Origin: Microcoleaceae cyanobacterium
GTDB taxonomy: Bacteria; Cyanobacteriota; Cyanobacteriia; Cyanobacteriales; Microcoleaceae
NCBI GenBank assembly: GCA_051652765.1
Contig: JBOFUV010000153.1
Span: 1 to 35,955 of the forward strand
DNA: 35,955 bases
Direction of reading: 5' to 3'
Below are positions 9,365 to 19,207 of this stretch, piece after piece (positions within the stretch are counted from its first letter, which is position 1; each line of letters opens with the position of its first letter). The translations under genes and the position numbers were made by a program. The notes beneath the pieces were generated by a model, which was not told the origin of the DNA, made no database searches, and worked only from the letters and a program-made list of their open reading frames with translations.

Positions 9365-10303
9365 ATGTCAAGAATTTCTGTCATTATCCCAACTTATAAC
9401 GCCGAGAAAACGATTCGAGAAACAGTTAGATCAGTCATTAAGCAAAGTTTCTCAAACTGGGAATTGCTGATTGTTGATGATGGTTCAAACGATAAAACTC
9501 TAGACATTATTGCTCAGTTTAGTGATCCTCGTATTCACGTTTTCACTTACAGTAATGCTGGAGTTTCTACGAGTCGAAACAGAGGTTTAGCTAAGGCTTC
9601 TGGAGAGTTTGTTGCTTTTCTAGATCACGATGACTTGTGGACTTCAGATAAGCTTGAAGCTCAATTTCAAGCCTTACAAGTTCACCCTGAAGCCGCTCTT
9701 TCTTATAGTTGGACTGATCACTGTGATGAGTCTGATCAGGTTACTGCCTTGGGCAGACACGCAACATTTGATGGCAATGTCTATGCTCAACTTTTAGTTG
9801 ATAATTTCTTAGATACGGCCTCTAACCCCCTAATTCGTAAGACTGCCTTGGATAGAGTAGGAGATTTTGATTGTACAATTGACTCTGCTGGAGAGTGGGA
9901 TTTATACTTGCGGCTAGCGGCTCAATATCCCTTTGCTGTTGTCTCAAAATCTCAAGTTTTGCATCGAGTTTCCAGTCGTGCGATGTCTGCAAACATTGAT
10001 GCTCACAAGCATGAATGTTTGGCTACGATTGAACGAGCATTTCGACAGGCTCCTGCTTCATTACAACATTTAAAAAAAGCGAGTTTAGCCAACATTTATA
10101 AATATTTACTGTGTAAAACCTTAGAAGGAAAACCGCAGTCTCAAAAAGGGAGGAAAGCTTTGAGTTTACTCTGGAACTATATCCAGTATGAAGCAAATTT
10201 GCGATCGCAGTCTCAATTTATCCTCACGATGTTTTTGAAGAGTTTGACAATTATAGTTTTACCATCAAAACAAGCTGAGAAAGTTTTAGAAAGATCCAAA
10301 TAG
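9365..10303 (+). CDS. GT2 (GT-A) glycosyltransferase
   Basis: ISVIIPTYN, VDDGSND, FLDHDD, EWDLYLRL. Confidence 0.92.
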   Translation: MSRISVIIPTYNAEKTIRETVRSVIKQSFSNWELLIVDDGSNDKTLDIIAQFSDPRIHVFTYSNAGVSTSRNRGLAKASGEFVAFLDHDDLWTSDKLEAQFQALQVHPEAALSYSWTDHCDESDQVTALGRHATFDGNVYAQLLVDNFLDTASNPLIRKTALDRVGDFDCTIDSAGEWDLYLRLAAQYPFAVVSKSQVLHRVSSRAMSANIDAHKHECLATIERAFRQAPASLQHLKKASLANIYKYLLCKTLEGKPQSQKGRKALSLLWNYIQYEANLRSQSQFILTMFLKSLTIIVLPSKQAEKVLERSK

Positions 10304-10404
10304 CCTTAACATTCTAAGATCTTCTTGACCCAAATTCAGATGATTAAATCAAATCTATCAATATGCGTTCTGTAACTGTTAATGCCCGACCTAAAGCTTA
10401 AGAT

Positions 10405-11394
10405 TCAAATCAGGTTACTATCTGTAACTTCTAAGTTAATGTAACCTAGTAAAGTATTTGTATTTGTCAACTTGCCCATCTTTCCAAGAATTTTTTGAGA
10501 AACTTGAGGTGGAAATATCGTTAGAATAGTAACTTTTAATAAAACTTTGCCAGTGATTCCACTTCGGAATAGAGCAGGATCATAGTTTGCAGCTTTCCAG
10601 AAGAATTGAGCTGCTTTAACACCCTGTTGTCCATCAAGAGCTTTAAAGGTTAAATACTTATATAAATTGGCTAAACTCTGAGGTTTTAAAGGTTGTAAAT
10701 GATTTGGGGCTTGAGCAAAAGCTCGTTCAATAACCTTCAAGCTCTCAGTTTCATGTTGTTCAAGTTTTGTAGACATAGAACTCTGAGAAATTCGATATAA
10801 GACCTGAGGTTTAGGAACTACCGCAAAGGGATACTTTGCTCCTAATTGAATCCACATCTCCCAGTCTTCAGCAGCTTTTAACGATTCATCAAATCTACCT
10901 GATTCTGCAAAAGCTTGACGGCGCACCATGACATTTGAGCCATTAGAAGGAAAGGAAGCGAGCAGAATATTTGGATAAACATCTCCGGTAAAACTTGCCC
11001 GACTATCTGAACTCAAAAACTGGCTGGACTCATCAATTAAATCTGTCCAACTGTAAACAACGGCTGCCTCTGGATCAGAATTCAAGGCTTGAACTTGAGC
11101 TTCTAATTTATCAAACGTCCAGAGGTCATCAGCATCTAGGAAAGAAATATATTCACCTTTTGCTTGTTGAATTCCTCGGTTACGGCTAGTTGCTAATCCT
11201 GCATTAGAATAACTAAAAACTTGTAAGCGAGGATCTTGAAATTGTGAAATAATCTCTAAGGTTTTGTCCGTTGAACCATCGTTAATTACAATTAACTCGA
11301 AGTCTTTAAATGACTGACTCAAAACTGAATCAATTGTTTCAGCAATCGTTTTTTCACCGTTGTAGACTGGAATCACTACAGAAACAAGGGGCAT
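10405..11394 (-). CDS. GT2 (GT-A) glycosyltransferase
   Basis: VSVVIPVYN, NDGSTD, FLDADD, AEDWEMW. Confidence 0.92.
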   Translation of the reverse strand: MPLVSVVIPVYNGEKTIAETIDSVLSQSFKDFELIVINDGSTDKTLEIISQFQDPRLQVFSYSNAGLATSRNRGIQQAKGEYISFLDADDLWTFDKLEAQVQALNSDPEAAVVYSWTDLIDESSQFLSSDSRASFTGDVYPNILLASFPSNGSNVMVRRQAFAESGRFDESLKAAEDWEMWIQLGAKYPFAVVPKPQVLYRISQSSMSTKLEQHETESLKVIERAFAQAPNHLQPLKPQSLANLYKYLTFKALDGQQGVKAAQFFWKAANYDPALFRSGITGKVLLKVTILTIFPPQVSQKILGKMGKLTNTNTLLGYINLEVTDSNLI

Positions 11395-11405
11395 AAATCA
11401 GATCG

Positions 11406-11482
11406 ACTTAAACTTATCAACTTAAACTTATCAACTTAAACTTATCAACTTAAACTTATCAATTTAAACTTATCAACTTAAA
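11406..11482. repeat. 14-bp tandem repeat (ACTTAAACTTATCA) x5.5
   Basis: Units at 11406, 11420, 11434, 11448 and 11462 (one mismatch), partial at 11476; fills almost the whole intergenic gap. Confidence 0.95.
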
Positions 11483-12464
11483 ACGGTTCGACTTGTATAT
11501 TCATCATTAATGCACCAATGTTATCAATTCTACCGAATTTAGACAACACTTGCTCTGCCTGTCTTCTAGGCAGGGTCGTAACAGTTAAGATTTTAAGTAA
11601 TGTTCTAAATGTAACACGCTCTTTTAACATAGATGGATCATTTCTTAAAAACCGAGTGAGAAATTGGGCTGCAACTAATCCGTTACTACGTTTTGGATCG
11701 CCATCCAGGGCTTTAAAGGTTAAATATTTGTAGAAATTTGCAAGACTTGCTTTTCTTAAATATTGATATTTTGGAGGGGCTTGGGCAAATGCTTTTTGGA
11801 TAACTTTTAAGGTTTCTACTTCTTGTCTGACCACATTAGTTGACATAGAAGTATTTGAAACTCGGTACAAAATCTGAGGTTGAGGCACTGTAATAAATGA
11901 ATACTTTGCGGCCAGTCGAATCCACATATCCCAATCTTCTGCGGCTTTTAAAGATTCATCGAACATCCCCACTTCCTCAAAAGCCTGACGACGGATGAGG
12001 GGACTAGAACCATTTTCTAAAATATTATTTAGCAATAAATAAGGGTAGGCATCTCCCTCTACGGATAAACGCCCTCCCCGTCGCAAAAATTGACTTTTTT
12101 CATCAATATAGTCTGTCCAACTATAGGCAACAGTGAAGTCAGGATGATGGTTTAGCGCTTGCCATTGAGTAGTCAATTTGTCCGATGTCCATAAATCATC
12201 TGCATCAATAAAAGCAATGAACTCTCCCGATGACCGAACAATGCCACGATTACGGCTGGTAGCCAATCCAGCATTTGGATAGGAAAACACAGTTAAACGA
12301 GGGTCGGCAATCTGATTTAAAATATCTAATGTTGCATCGTTTGAGCCATCATTGATCACAATCAGCTCAAAGTCTGCAAAGGCTTGACTAAGAACAGACT
12401 CAACCGTTTCTTGAATTGTCTTTTCAGCATTGTATACTGGAACAATAACGGAAATAGGAATCAT
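11478..12464 (-). CDS. GT2 (GT-A) glycosyltransferase
   Basis: ISVIVPVYN, NDGSND, FIDADD, AEDWDMW. Confidence 0.92.
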   Translation of the reverse strand: MIPISVIVPVYNAEKTIQETVESVLSQAFADFELIVINDGSNDATLDILNQIADPRLTVFSYPNAGLATSRNRGIVRSSGEFIAFIDADDLWTSDKLTTQWQALNHHPDFTVAYSWTDYIDEKSQFLRRGGRLSVEGDAYPYLLLNNILENGSSPLIRRQAFEEVGMFDESLKAAEDWDMWIRLAAKYSFITVPQPQILYRVSNTSMSTNVVRQEVETLKVIQKAFAQAPPKYQYLRKASLANFYKYLTFKALDGDPKRSNGLVAAQFLTRFLRNDPSMLKERVTFRTLLKILTVTTLPRRQAEQVLSKFGRIDNIGALMMNIQVEPF

Positions 12465-12528
12465 AATTGAGAAGATATCTTGAGTTTATTCAGAATTTTT
12501 TCAAGGTTTGATGGGAAATTTTATTGTA

Positions 12529-12584
12529 GTCTATTGCTTAAGGTTTATTGTTTAAAGTTTATTGCTTAAAGTCTATTTACTCAA
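12529..12584. repeat. Degenerate 14-bp tandem repeat (GTYTATTGYTTAAR) x4
   Basis: Units at 12529, 12543, 12557 and 12571. Confidence 0.8.
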
Positions 12585-12604
12585 GCCTGAGGCGTTGATC
12601 AATT

Positions 12605-13444
12605 ATGAAAACGAGTTTAGATTCTCCCATCTTTTTAGTAGGTTGTTCTCGCTCAGGAACAACACTCCTTCAAAGTTTACTCGCTGCTCATCCTGAAATT
12701 GCCTCTTTTCCAGAATCTCAATTTTTTCATCATCTTTTGCCCTCTCAGTATGAACGACGTAGATATACTCTGGGATTGGTTTCGGGTCGTCTCAGACCTC
12801 GGCTTGAAATATTTTTCAACGATGAAATGGGTCGTCCTGAACTAATGAATGATTTACCTCAAATTGGATTCCTGGGATATTATACCCGAAAGTTTATGGG
12901 AGTTCTGAAACGGCTTGCTCAGGAACAAGGAAAAAGTATTTTACTTGAAAAAACTCCTGATCATATTTATTACATTGAATCCATTGAAAAATTTGTCCCT
13001 AATGCTCGGTTTATTCATCTGATTCGCAATGGGGCAGATGTGATTGCGTCTTTGTATGAAGTCACTCACAAATATCCCAAACCTTGGGGCGGAGCACGAA
13101 GTATTGATGTCTGCATTCAGGACTGGTTGAGGGCGATTACAGCGAGTAAAAAGTACCTCCCAGGTTCAAATCATATTGGCGTTTGCTACGAACAGCTTGT
13201 ACAAGAACCTGAACTTGTACTGAAGAAACTCTGTAAGTTTATTGGGATTGAATTTAGTGATCAGATGCTCCTCAATTACCGTTCAGAAGGAGAGAAGTTA
13301 AGTCTAGATCATACGGGTAGGCAAGTGAGTCGCGACCTAAAAAGTAGAAATTCCCAAAAGTTTTACGAGGTTTTTACCCCAGCAGAGCAAGCGTATGTTT
13401 TGGAGAAGATTTCTCAGGTTGATTTAGGACAAATAATCTCTTAG
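12605..13444 (+). CDS. PAPS-dependent sulfotransferase family protein
   Basis: 5'-PSB loop GCSRSGTTLL, EKTP, 3'-PB IRNGADVIAS, YEQL..EP. Confidence 0.9.
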   Translation: MKTSLDSPIFLVGCSRSGTTLLQSLLAAHPEIASFPESQFFHHLLPSQYERRRYTLGLVSGRLRPRLEIFFNDEMGRPELMNDLPQIGFLGYYTRKFMGVLKRLAQEQGKSILLEKTPDHIYYIESIEKFVPNARFIHLIRNGADVIASLYEVTHKYPKPWGGARSIDVCIQDWLRAITASKKYLPGSNHIGVCYEQLVQEPELVLKKLCKFIGIEFSDQMLLNYRSEGEKLSLDHTGRQVSRDLKSRNSQKFYEVFTPAEQAYVLEKISQVDLGQIIS

Positions 13445-13451
13445 AAAAAAT

Positions 13452-14321
13452 ATGAGTTCATTAGCAATGTTTAATCGAAAGTCACCTATTTATCTCGCAG
13501 GTTTACCTCGAAGTGGCACCACTTGGATCGCTTCAATTCTTAGCGAAGTTCCTGGGATCAAGCATTTACATGAACCCTTTAATGCGGACATTTATCCAGA
13601 ATTAGAACCCTATCGCAATCAATTTTTGCAGGCAAATGATGCCGCCTCAGAGTTTTTGACTGAGTGTCAAGCCGCTTTTTCTGGACTGCCACGAACGGCT
13701 TTAGTTTTGAATAAAATGAATGGAACTTACCGTAAATTTCCTTGGCTACCTGGGAGAGTTTTAATCAAAGATGTTCATACTTTTCTGGCTTTAGACTGGA
13801 TCAGTCAGCACTTTTTTCCCATGACCGTGATTATCATTCGTCATCCCTGTGCGATCGCTGAAAGCTGGGATCGATTGGGGTGGAAAACCGAGAAATCTTT
13901 TTCTCGATTGTTGAATCAACCGACATTAATGAATGCTTACTTGCAACCCTTTCAAAAGATGTTAAATACTGCTGAGACGTTTTGGCAAAGGATGGGCGCA
14001 TTTTGGGGAGCTTCCTACTTTGTCATTCTTCAACAATTACAACACCATCCGGACTGGATTCTGGTAAGCTATGAAACGCTTTGCCAAGATCCAATCCGGT
14101 GCTATCAGCAATTATTTCAACAGTTAAACTTGAACTGGAGTCCACTGATCGAAAAGCTGCTCATTGCTTCAACTCAAGGTCACAGTCAAAACCCTTACTC
14201 TACCCAACGAATTGCAACGCAAGCAGCAGAGAAATGGCGACAGATTCTATCTCTGGAACAGATTCAACAGGTGCAGGAATTTGCTGAACCCTTCGGATTG
14301 AAACGGTATGCTGAGTTTTAG
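13452..14321 (+). CDS. PAPS-dependent sulfotransferase family protein
   Basis: GLPRSGTTWI, HEPFN, IRHPCAIAES, YETLCQDP. Confidence 0.9.
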   Translation: MSSLAMFNRKSPIYLAGLPRSGTTWIASILSEVPGIKHLHEPFNADIYPELEPYRNQFLQANDAASEFLTECQAAFSGLPRTALVLNKMNGTYRKFPWLPGRVLIKDVHTFLALDWISQHFFPMTVIIIRHPCAIAESWDRLGWKTEKSFSRLLNQPTLMNAYLQPFQKMLNTAETFWQRMGAFWGASYFVILQQLQHHPDWILVSYETLCQDPIRCYQQLFQQLNLNWSPLIEKLLIASTQGHSQNPYSTQRIATQAAEKWRQILSLEQIQQVQEFAEPFGLKRYAEF

Positions 14322-14341
14322 TCAGCTTAGCCTCCCCAAGA

Positions 14342-14356
14342 TACGGGAAACCGAAT
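14342..14356. promoter_or_regulatory. K-box/Rre1-like heat-shock element upstream of htpG
   Basis: TACGGGAAACCGAAT resembles the K-box GTTCGG-NNAN-CCNNAC; identical inverted copy at 23194-23208. Confidence 0.65.
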
Positions 14357-14440
14357 GTTAAATTGGGGGGATCGCCCTTAACTGTGGCCCCTAAATCCCT
14401 CAGAATTTAAGCTTAAAGGTTTGTACATAATGGAGGGCCT

Positions 14441-16417
14441 ATGAGTGTATTGGAACAGGGAACTATTACGATCCATACTGAGAATATTTTCCCGATTATC
14501 AAAAAGTCGCTCTATACAGATCACGAAGTTTTTTTCCGGGAACTGGTCTCCAACGCCGTTGATGCCATCTCTAAACTTGGCATGGTTGCTCGTTCTGGAG
14601 AATATGCTGGGGATGTGGGAGAGCCAGAAATTACCCTCGCCATTGACAAGGACAAGAAAACCCTGTCCGTGACTGACAATGGAATTGGGATGACGGCAGA
14701 TGAAGTGAAGAAATATATTAACCAGGTCGCGTTCTCCAGTGCCGAGGAATTCATCGAACAATATAAGTCCCATGCCGATGACGCGATCATCGGTCATTTT
14801 GGCCTGGGATTCTACTCCTCTTTCATGGTGGCGAAACAGGTAGAAATTGATACCCTGTCCTATCGAGAAGGGGCCCAAGCCGTCCATTGGACTTGTGATG
14901 GTTCTCCCCAGTTTAAGCTCGAAGAATCCTCCCGCACCGAACGGGGAACAACCATCACCTTGACCCTGATGGAGGAGGAAGAAGAATATCTAGAACCGGC
15001 TCGGATTCGGCAGTTGGTCAAAACCTACTGCGATTTTATGCCCGTCGCGATCAAGATGGATGGAGAAGTGATCAACCGTCAAAAAGCGCCTTGGCGGGAA
15101 TCTGCGAGTAATTTGACCGACGAAGATTATCTGGAACTGTATCGTTATCTCTATCCGTTCCAGGAAGATCCCTTGCTGTGGGTACACCTGAACACTGACT
15201 ATCCGTTTATCGTGAATGGGATTCTGTTTTTCCCGAAACTCCGCCCCGATGTGGATGTGACCCAAGGCAATATTAAACTGTTCTCCAATCAAGTCTTTGT
15301 CAGTGATCACTGTGAAGAGGTGATTCCGAAGTTTTTGATGCCGCTGCGAGGGGTGATCGACAGCACAGATATTCCCCTGAATATTTCCCGCAGTGCCTTG
15401 CAAAGTAACCGAACAGTACGCAAGATTGCCGATTACATTGCCAAAAAAGTCGGCGATCGCCTCAAGGAAGTCTACCGGGATGATCGCAAGGAATACATTC
15501 GCTGCTGGCAGGACGTGGGCACCTTTATTAAGTTTGGCTCCCTGAATGATGATAAATTCCAAAAGCAAGTTGAAGATATCCTGATCTTCCGCACTACTTA
15601 TCAGCCAGAAGCCGTCAGTTCAACACCGGAAGTTCAAGTCCAAGCGGAAGGCAGCGACGCTTGGCAAGAGATTCCGGCTGATCCCTCCCAGGTCACTGAT
15701 GAAAAAGGGTGTTTCTACACAACCTTGAAGGAATACCTGGAGCGCAATCAGGAACGCCATGAAAACCGAGTGTTCTACTGTACCGATGAAGCCTCCCAGG
15801 CAACCTACGTGGAGTTGCACAGAAGTCAAGGCTTAGAAGTGTTGTTCCTGGATTCTTTCATTGATACCCACTTCATTAGTTTCCTAGAACGGGAATATAC
15901 CAGTGTGAAGTTTTCACGGGTAGACTCAGAGCTGAATGAAGAGTTGATTAGCAAGAACGCTGACGGTGAACTGGTTGATCCCACCACCAATAAAACTCGC
16001 AGTCAACAGGTTAAAGAACTGTTTGAAAAGTCCCTGGGCAAACCTCGAGTGAATATTCGCACAGAATCCCTCAAATCCGAGAATACTCCTCCAGCCATGG
16101 TGTTGCTGCCTGAAGCCATGCGACGGTTACAAGATATGACCGCTATGCTGGGACAGGGGAAACAGGAATTCCCGGAAGACCATGTTTTGCTGGTTAATAC
16201 GGCCCATCCCCTGATTCAAAACCTGGCAAACTTGAGCCAAGGGGCAATTATTCAGGGAGCGGGAGACTCTCCCTCGGCAGCATTGGCCCAATCTGTGTGT
16301 CAGCACGTTTACGATTTGGCGTTGATGGCCCAAAAGGGGTTTGATGCTGAAGGCATGAAAGCCTTCGTTGAGCGCTCCAATCAGGTCTTGACTGAACTCA
16401 CCCAACGGGCAGTCTAG
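14441..16417 (+). CDS. htpG: Molecular chaperone HtpG (Hsp90)
   Basis: RELVSNAVDA, DNGIGM, IGHFGLGFYS, DIPLNISR; GGAGG RBS. Confidence 0.97.
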   Translation: MSVLEQGTITIHTENIFPIIKKSLYTDHEVFFRELVSNAVDAISKLGMVARSGEYAGDVGEPEITLAIDKDKKTLSVTDNGIGMTADEVKKYINQVAFSSAEEFIEQYKSHADDAIIGHFGLGFYSSFMVAKQVEIDTLSYREGAQAVHWTCDGSPQFKLEESSRTERGTTITLTLMEEEEEYLEPARIRQLVKTYCDFMPVAIKMDGEVINRQKAPWRESASNLTDEDYLELYRYLYPFQEDPLLWVHLNTDYPFIVNGILFFPKLRPDVDVTQGNIKLFSNQVFVSDHCEEVIPKFLMPLRGVIDSTDIPLNISRSALQSNRTVRKIADYIAKKVGDRLKEVYRDDRKEYIRCWQDVGTFIKFGSLNDDKFQKQVEDILIFRTTYQPEAVSSTPEVQVQAEGSDAWQEIPADPSQVTDEKGCFYTTLKEYLERNQERHENRVFYCTDEASQATYVELHRSQGLEVLFLDSFIDTHFISFLEREYTSVKFSRVDSELNEELISKNADGELVDPTTNKTRSQQVKELFEKSLGKPRVNIRTESLKSENTPPAMVLLPEAMRRLQDMTAMLGQGKQEFPEDHVLLVNTAHPLIQNLANLSQGAIIQGAGDSPSAALAQSVCQHVYDLALMAQKGFDAEGMKAFVERSNQVLTELTQRAV

Positions 16418-16475
16418 CCGGATTCTATTGCTCTTGATCAGGCGCTGTTGATCAGGCTAAAGCAGGTTAATACTC

Positions 16476-16504
16476 TGTGATGCAGGCATCTTGCCTGCAT
16501 CACA
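16476..16504. terminator. Perfect 13-bp hairpin between convergent genes (REP-like or bidirectional terminator)
   Basis: TGTGATGCAGGCA-TCT-TGCCTGCATCACA. Confidence 0.75.
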
Positions 16505-16560
16505 AGGTTGCTAAGGTTGCTGTTGAACAGATTACTTTTGAACATATTCTGAACTTCAGA

Positions 16561-18051
16561 TTAATCGGGTAACAGCCCATCCCTGGAAACGGGATCTTTG
16601 TAGATAAATTCAGATTGGCGCAGATCTTCAACGAGGCGGACTTCGATCACTTGACCGGGTTGCAAAGTTGTCGGCTGAGGAGAGGTGACCAACCCAACCG
16701 CAGCCCCACCAATCGCCCCCAAGATTAACCCAATACCAGACAACCCGCTCAGCAAAAACACTCCTAAGCCTCCAATTCCAGAATTCAGTAAAATATTCCC
16801 TGTATCAGCTTCTAGGGTGCCATCAATCCAGTCCGACTCCGCTTTAAAAGGAATACTGCGGCCTTCAAGGTTGATGGCTTCAGCAATAAACCGACTGCCT
16901 GCAGATCCAGTTTCAAATCGACCGATAACAGGCGTATCCGGCGGGGCAATATAGTTTCCGTCTCGATCCACAATCCCACCCTGTAAAAGCAACACATCTT
17001 GACGCTCCAACTGGGTCGGTAGGCGCACATCGTTGGGATTGGGATACACCAGCACTAACTGAGTTCCCTTCAACAGCACAATGTTGGGCGGTCGCTGTTC
17101 GATGCTGCGGGGACGGGTGGCAATCTGTGAGTTTGCTTGAGCAGTTGGCAGAGGCTCCCCAAACCGAATTTCATCTCCTGTGCTCAGGCTAGGGGCTGGA
17201 ACATCAGCAGCATCAACCTGTTCCCGACTTTCAAACGATTCACCCTCCAGCAAAGGATCAGCAATAAACTCGACTTTGCCAGAACGCCCCAAACCCACTG
17301 AGACAATTTCTACATCAGCAGCTCGCTCAGGCTGAGGATTGGGAAGGACGGGCTGAATCGATCGAGGCAGGGTAAATGCTGGTAAGGCAGTTGCAGGCGG
17401 TGGAGCCGTCGTCTTTTCCTGAGCCGTTGCTCCTTCTAAGTCTGCGGCTGAACCAACAACGGGCTGATCATCGTTCTTTGCTGGAGTTTGGGGGGGAGTC
17501 ACAGCCGGGGCAGAAGCGGTTTGGGGTGCTTCAGAGGGGGTCAGGGGAAGTTCAGGAGTAGGCTCTGGAACCGCCACAATCGCTGGACGGACAATCCAGG
17601 CATTCTCGACTCCAACGGCCTTTAACTCGACCTCTTGCCGATCGAGAACAACCCCAGGCGCAAACTCAATCGTAATGCGGGCGGTCTTCTCTTCAAATTG
17701 AGTCAAGCTCACCTGACGCACTAGCCCGGTTTCATAAAGTTCTGTTACGTTAATCCCTACTTCTGTCTCTGGCAAATCCAACACTAAACGCCCAGGGTCA
17801 CTCAGAACCACAAGGCGAGGGGTGACTCCTTCGGGCAATTGGATTTCAACTTGACCTGTTTTGGGATCAAACTTCCAAGTTTCTAGGATTGCAGCTTGTA
17901 CTGGAAGTGAGAGTGCTTGAACTGTGGCTAAGGTTGCGATCGCCGCCCAATTGACCGTCCGCAACAGCAAGCTTCCGGACAATCCTAAGGTCACAGATTG
18001 CAGGATGGTTTTCATATCGTTTAACCGAGTAGCTTGCTGAAGGCGTTGCAT
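16561..18051 (-). CDS. AMIN domain-containing exported protein
   Basis: Signal-like N-terminus, WKFDP...DPGRLVLDLPET AMIN pattern, Pro/Ala-rich linker, Gly-rich hydrophobic C-terminal segment; start uncertain. Confidence 0.8.
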   Translation of the reverse strand: MQRLQQATRLNDMKTILQSVTLGLSGSLLLRTVNWAAIATLATVQALSLPVQAAILETWKFDPKTGQVEIQLPEGVTPRLVVLSDPGRLVLDLPETEVGINVTELYETGLVRQVSLTQFEEKTARITIEFAPGVVLDRQEVELKAVGVENAWIVRPAIVAVPEPTPELPLTPSEAPQTASAPAVTPPQTPAKNDDQPVVGSAADLEGATAQEKTTAPPPATALPAFTLPRSIQPVLPNPQPERAADVEIVSVGLGRSGKVEFIADPLLEGESFESREQVDAADVPAPSLSTGDEIRFGEPLPTAQANSQIATRPRSIEQRPPNIVLLKGTQLVLVYPNPNDVRLPTQLERQDVLLLQGGIVDRDGNYIAPPDTPVIGRFETGSAGSRFIAEAINLEGRSIPFKAESDWIDGTLEADTGNILLNSGIGGLGVFLLSGLSGIGLILGAIGGAAVGLVTSPQPTTLQPGQVIEVRLVEDLRQSEFIYKDPVSRDGLLPD

Positions 18052-18212
18052 TAGTGATATTCCTCTGTCAAAGGGGTGTTGGGTGGGTTGAAAGGGGATA
18101 CGTTAAAAGATTGATCTGAAATCTTAAATCAGGTTACTTAAGAGTCTGAACCCTTATTAACATGTTCAATCCTAGAATGCAAGGGTAACTGTTGGAAGTC
18201 AAAGTTAGGACA

Positions 18213-18761
18213 ATGCAACCTTGGACGTTAATTCAATCCGCTTGGGCCTTTAATCACAAATGGTGTCAGATTCGGCAGGACAGGGTTGAGCTGCCCAATG
18301 GAACCATGATTGACGACTTTTTTGTGAATGTTCGACCCGATATTGCTTTGGTGCTCCCGATTACAGCTCAACAGGAAATTGTCTTCGTGAGACAGTATCG
18401 CCATGGGATCGGTCGGATATTGCTAGAGTTGCCCGCAGGAGCCTTTAATCCAGCTCAGGAGAACGCCGAACAAGCGGCAGGCCGAGAGTTGGCTGAAGAA
18501 ACCGGATACGTCACAGAGCATTGGACTCGACTTGCAACGCTTTATGACAACCCGGTGAAAGATACAAATTCAGTCCATTTGTTTTTGGCAGAAAACGTTC
18601 GGAGGCTTCAAGATATCCAGTTGGATCTGACTGAAGACATTGAAGTGATCTTGATTCCAATTCCCGAGATCAAATCGTTGATGGCTAGGGGAGAGATTTG
18701 TGTAGCAGGAACAGTGGCAGCCTTATGTTTGGGATTAGGGAGCTTGGTAACTTTGGACTGA
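18213..18761 (+). CDS. NUDIX hydrolase (ADP-ribose pyrophosphatase-like)
   Basis: VRQYR, LELPAG, Nudix box ...AAGRELAEETG; start 18213 or 18192. Confidence 0.9.
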   Translation: MQPWTLIQSAWAFNHKWCQIRQDRVELPNGTMIDDFFVNVRPDIALVLPITAQQEIVFVRQYRHGIGRILLELPAGAFNPAQENAEQAAGRELAEETGYVTEHWTRLATLYDNPVKDTNSVHLFLAENVRRLQDIQLDLTEDIEVILIPIPEIKSLMARGEICVAGTVAALCLGLGSLVTLD

Positions 18762-18762
18762 C

Positions 18763-19074
18763 CTAATCCTCTTGCATTTCATAATAGGGACAACCCTGAC
18801 AAGGCCCTTGGGGATTAACAGCGCATCGCATATGGGAGGAACGAGCGTTGTATTTGCAGGTAATATCGCCAATCAAAAAGCCAACACCCTCAATATACCG
18901 AGTGTCCGGTGGAAAATTCCGGAACCGCCAACGACGGGAAGCAATGGGCATCTGGGGAGTACCGAGTGGGTTTTGGAGACGGGATTCGGCTTGGCGGCGC
19001 AACCACCAATACACGAGGGAAGGACTCAGACCCAACACCAAAACAGTGAAGATCACAACAGGTTCAAGCAGCAC
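18763..19074 (-). CDS. DUF6464-like small Cys-rich membrane protein
   Basis: N-terminal TM helix plus IGDITCKYNARSSHMRCAVNPQGPCQGC. Confidence 0.8.
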   Translation of the reverse strand: MLLEPVVIFTVLVLGLSPSLVYWWLRRQAESRLQNPLGTPQMPIASRRWRFRNFPPDTRYIEGVGFLIGDITCKYNARSSHMRCAVNPQGPCQGCPYYEMQED

Positions 19075-19207
19075 TCGATCAGAGATTCTCAGTCATCAAA
19101 ATCCACAACTACTATTCTAGCGACTTAAACCCAAGTTTTAGTGCGCGATCGCGTTACTGTTCAGGACAGAAAGTGACTGAAAATGTTAGTGAGAACTCAA
19201 GTAAAAC

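Noticed and set aside
11406..11482. CRISPR array
   Set aside because: Head-to-tail 14-bp units with no spacers and no cas genes
14322..14440. CIRCE/HrcA operator before htpG or the Hsp20 gene
   Set aside because: No TTAGCACTC-N9-GAGTGCTAA seen
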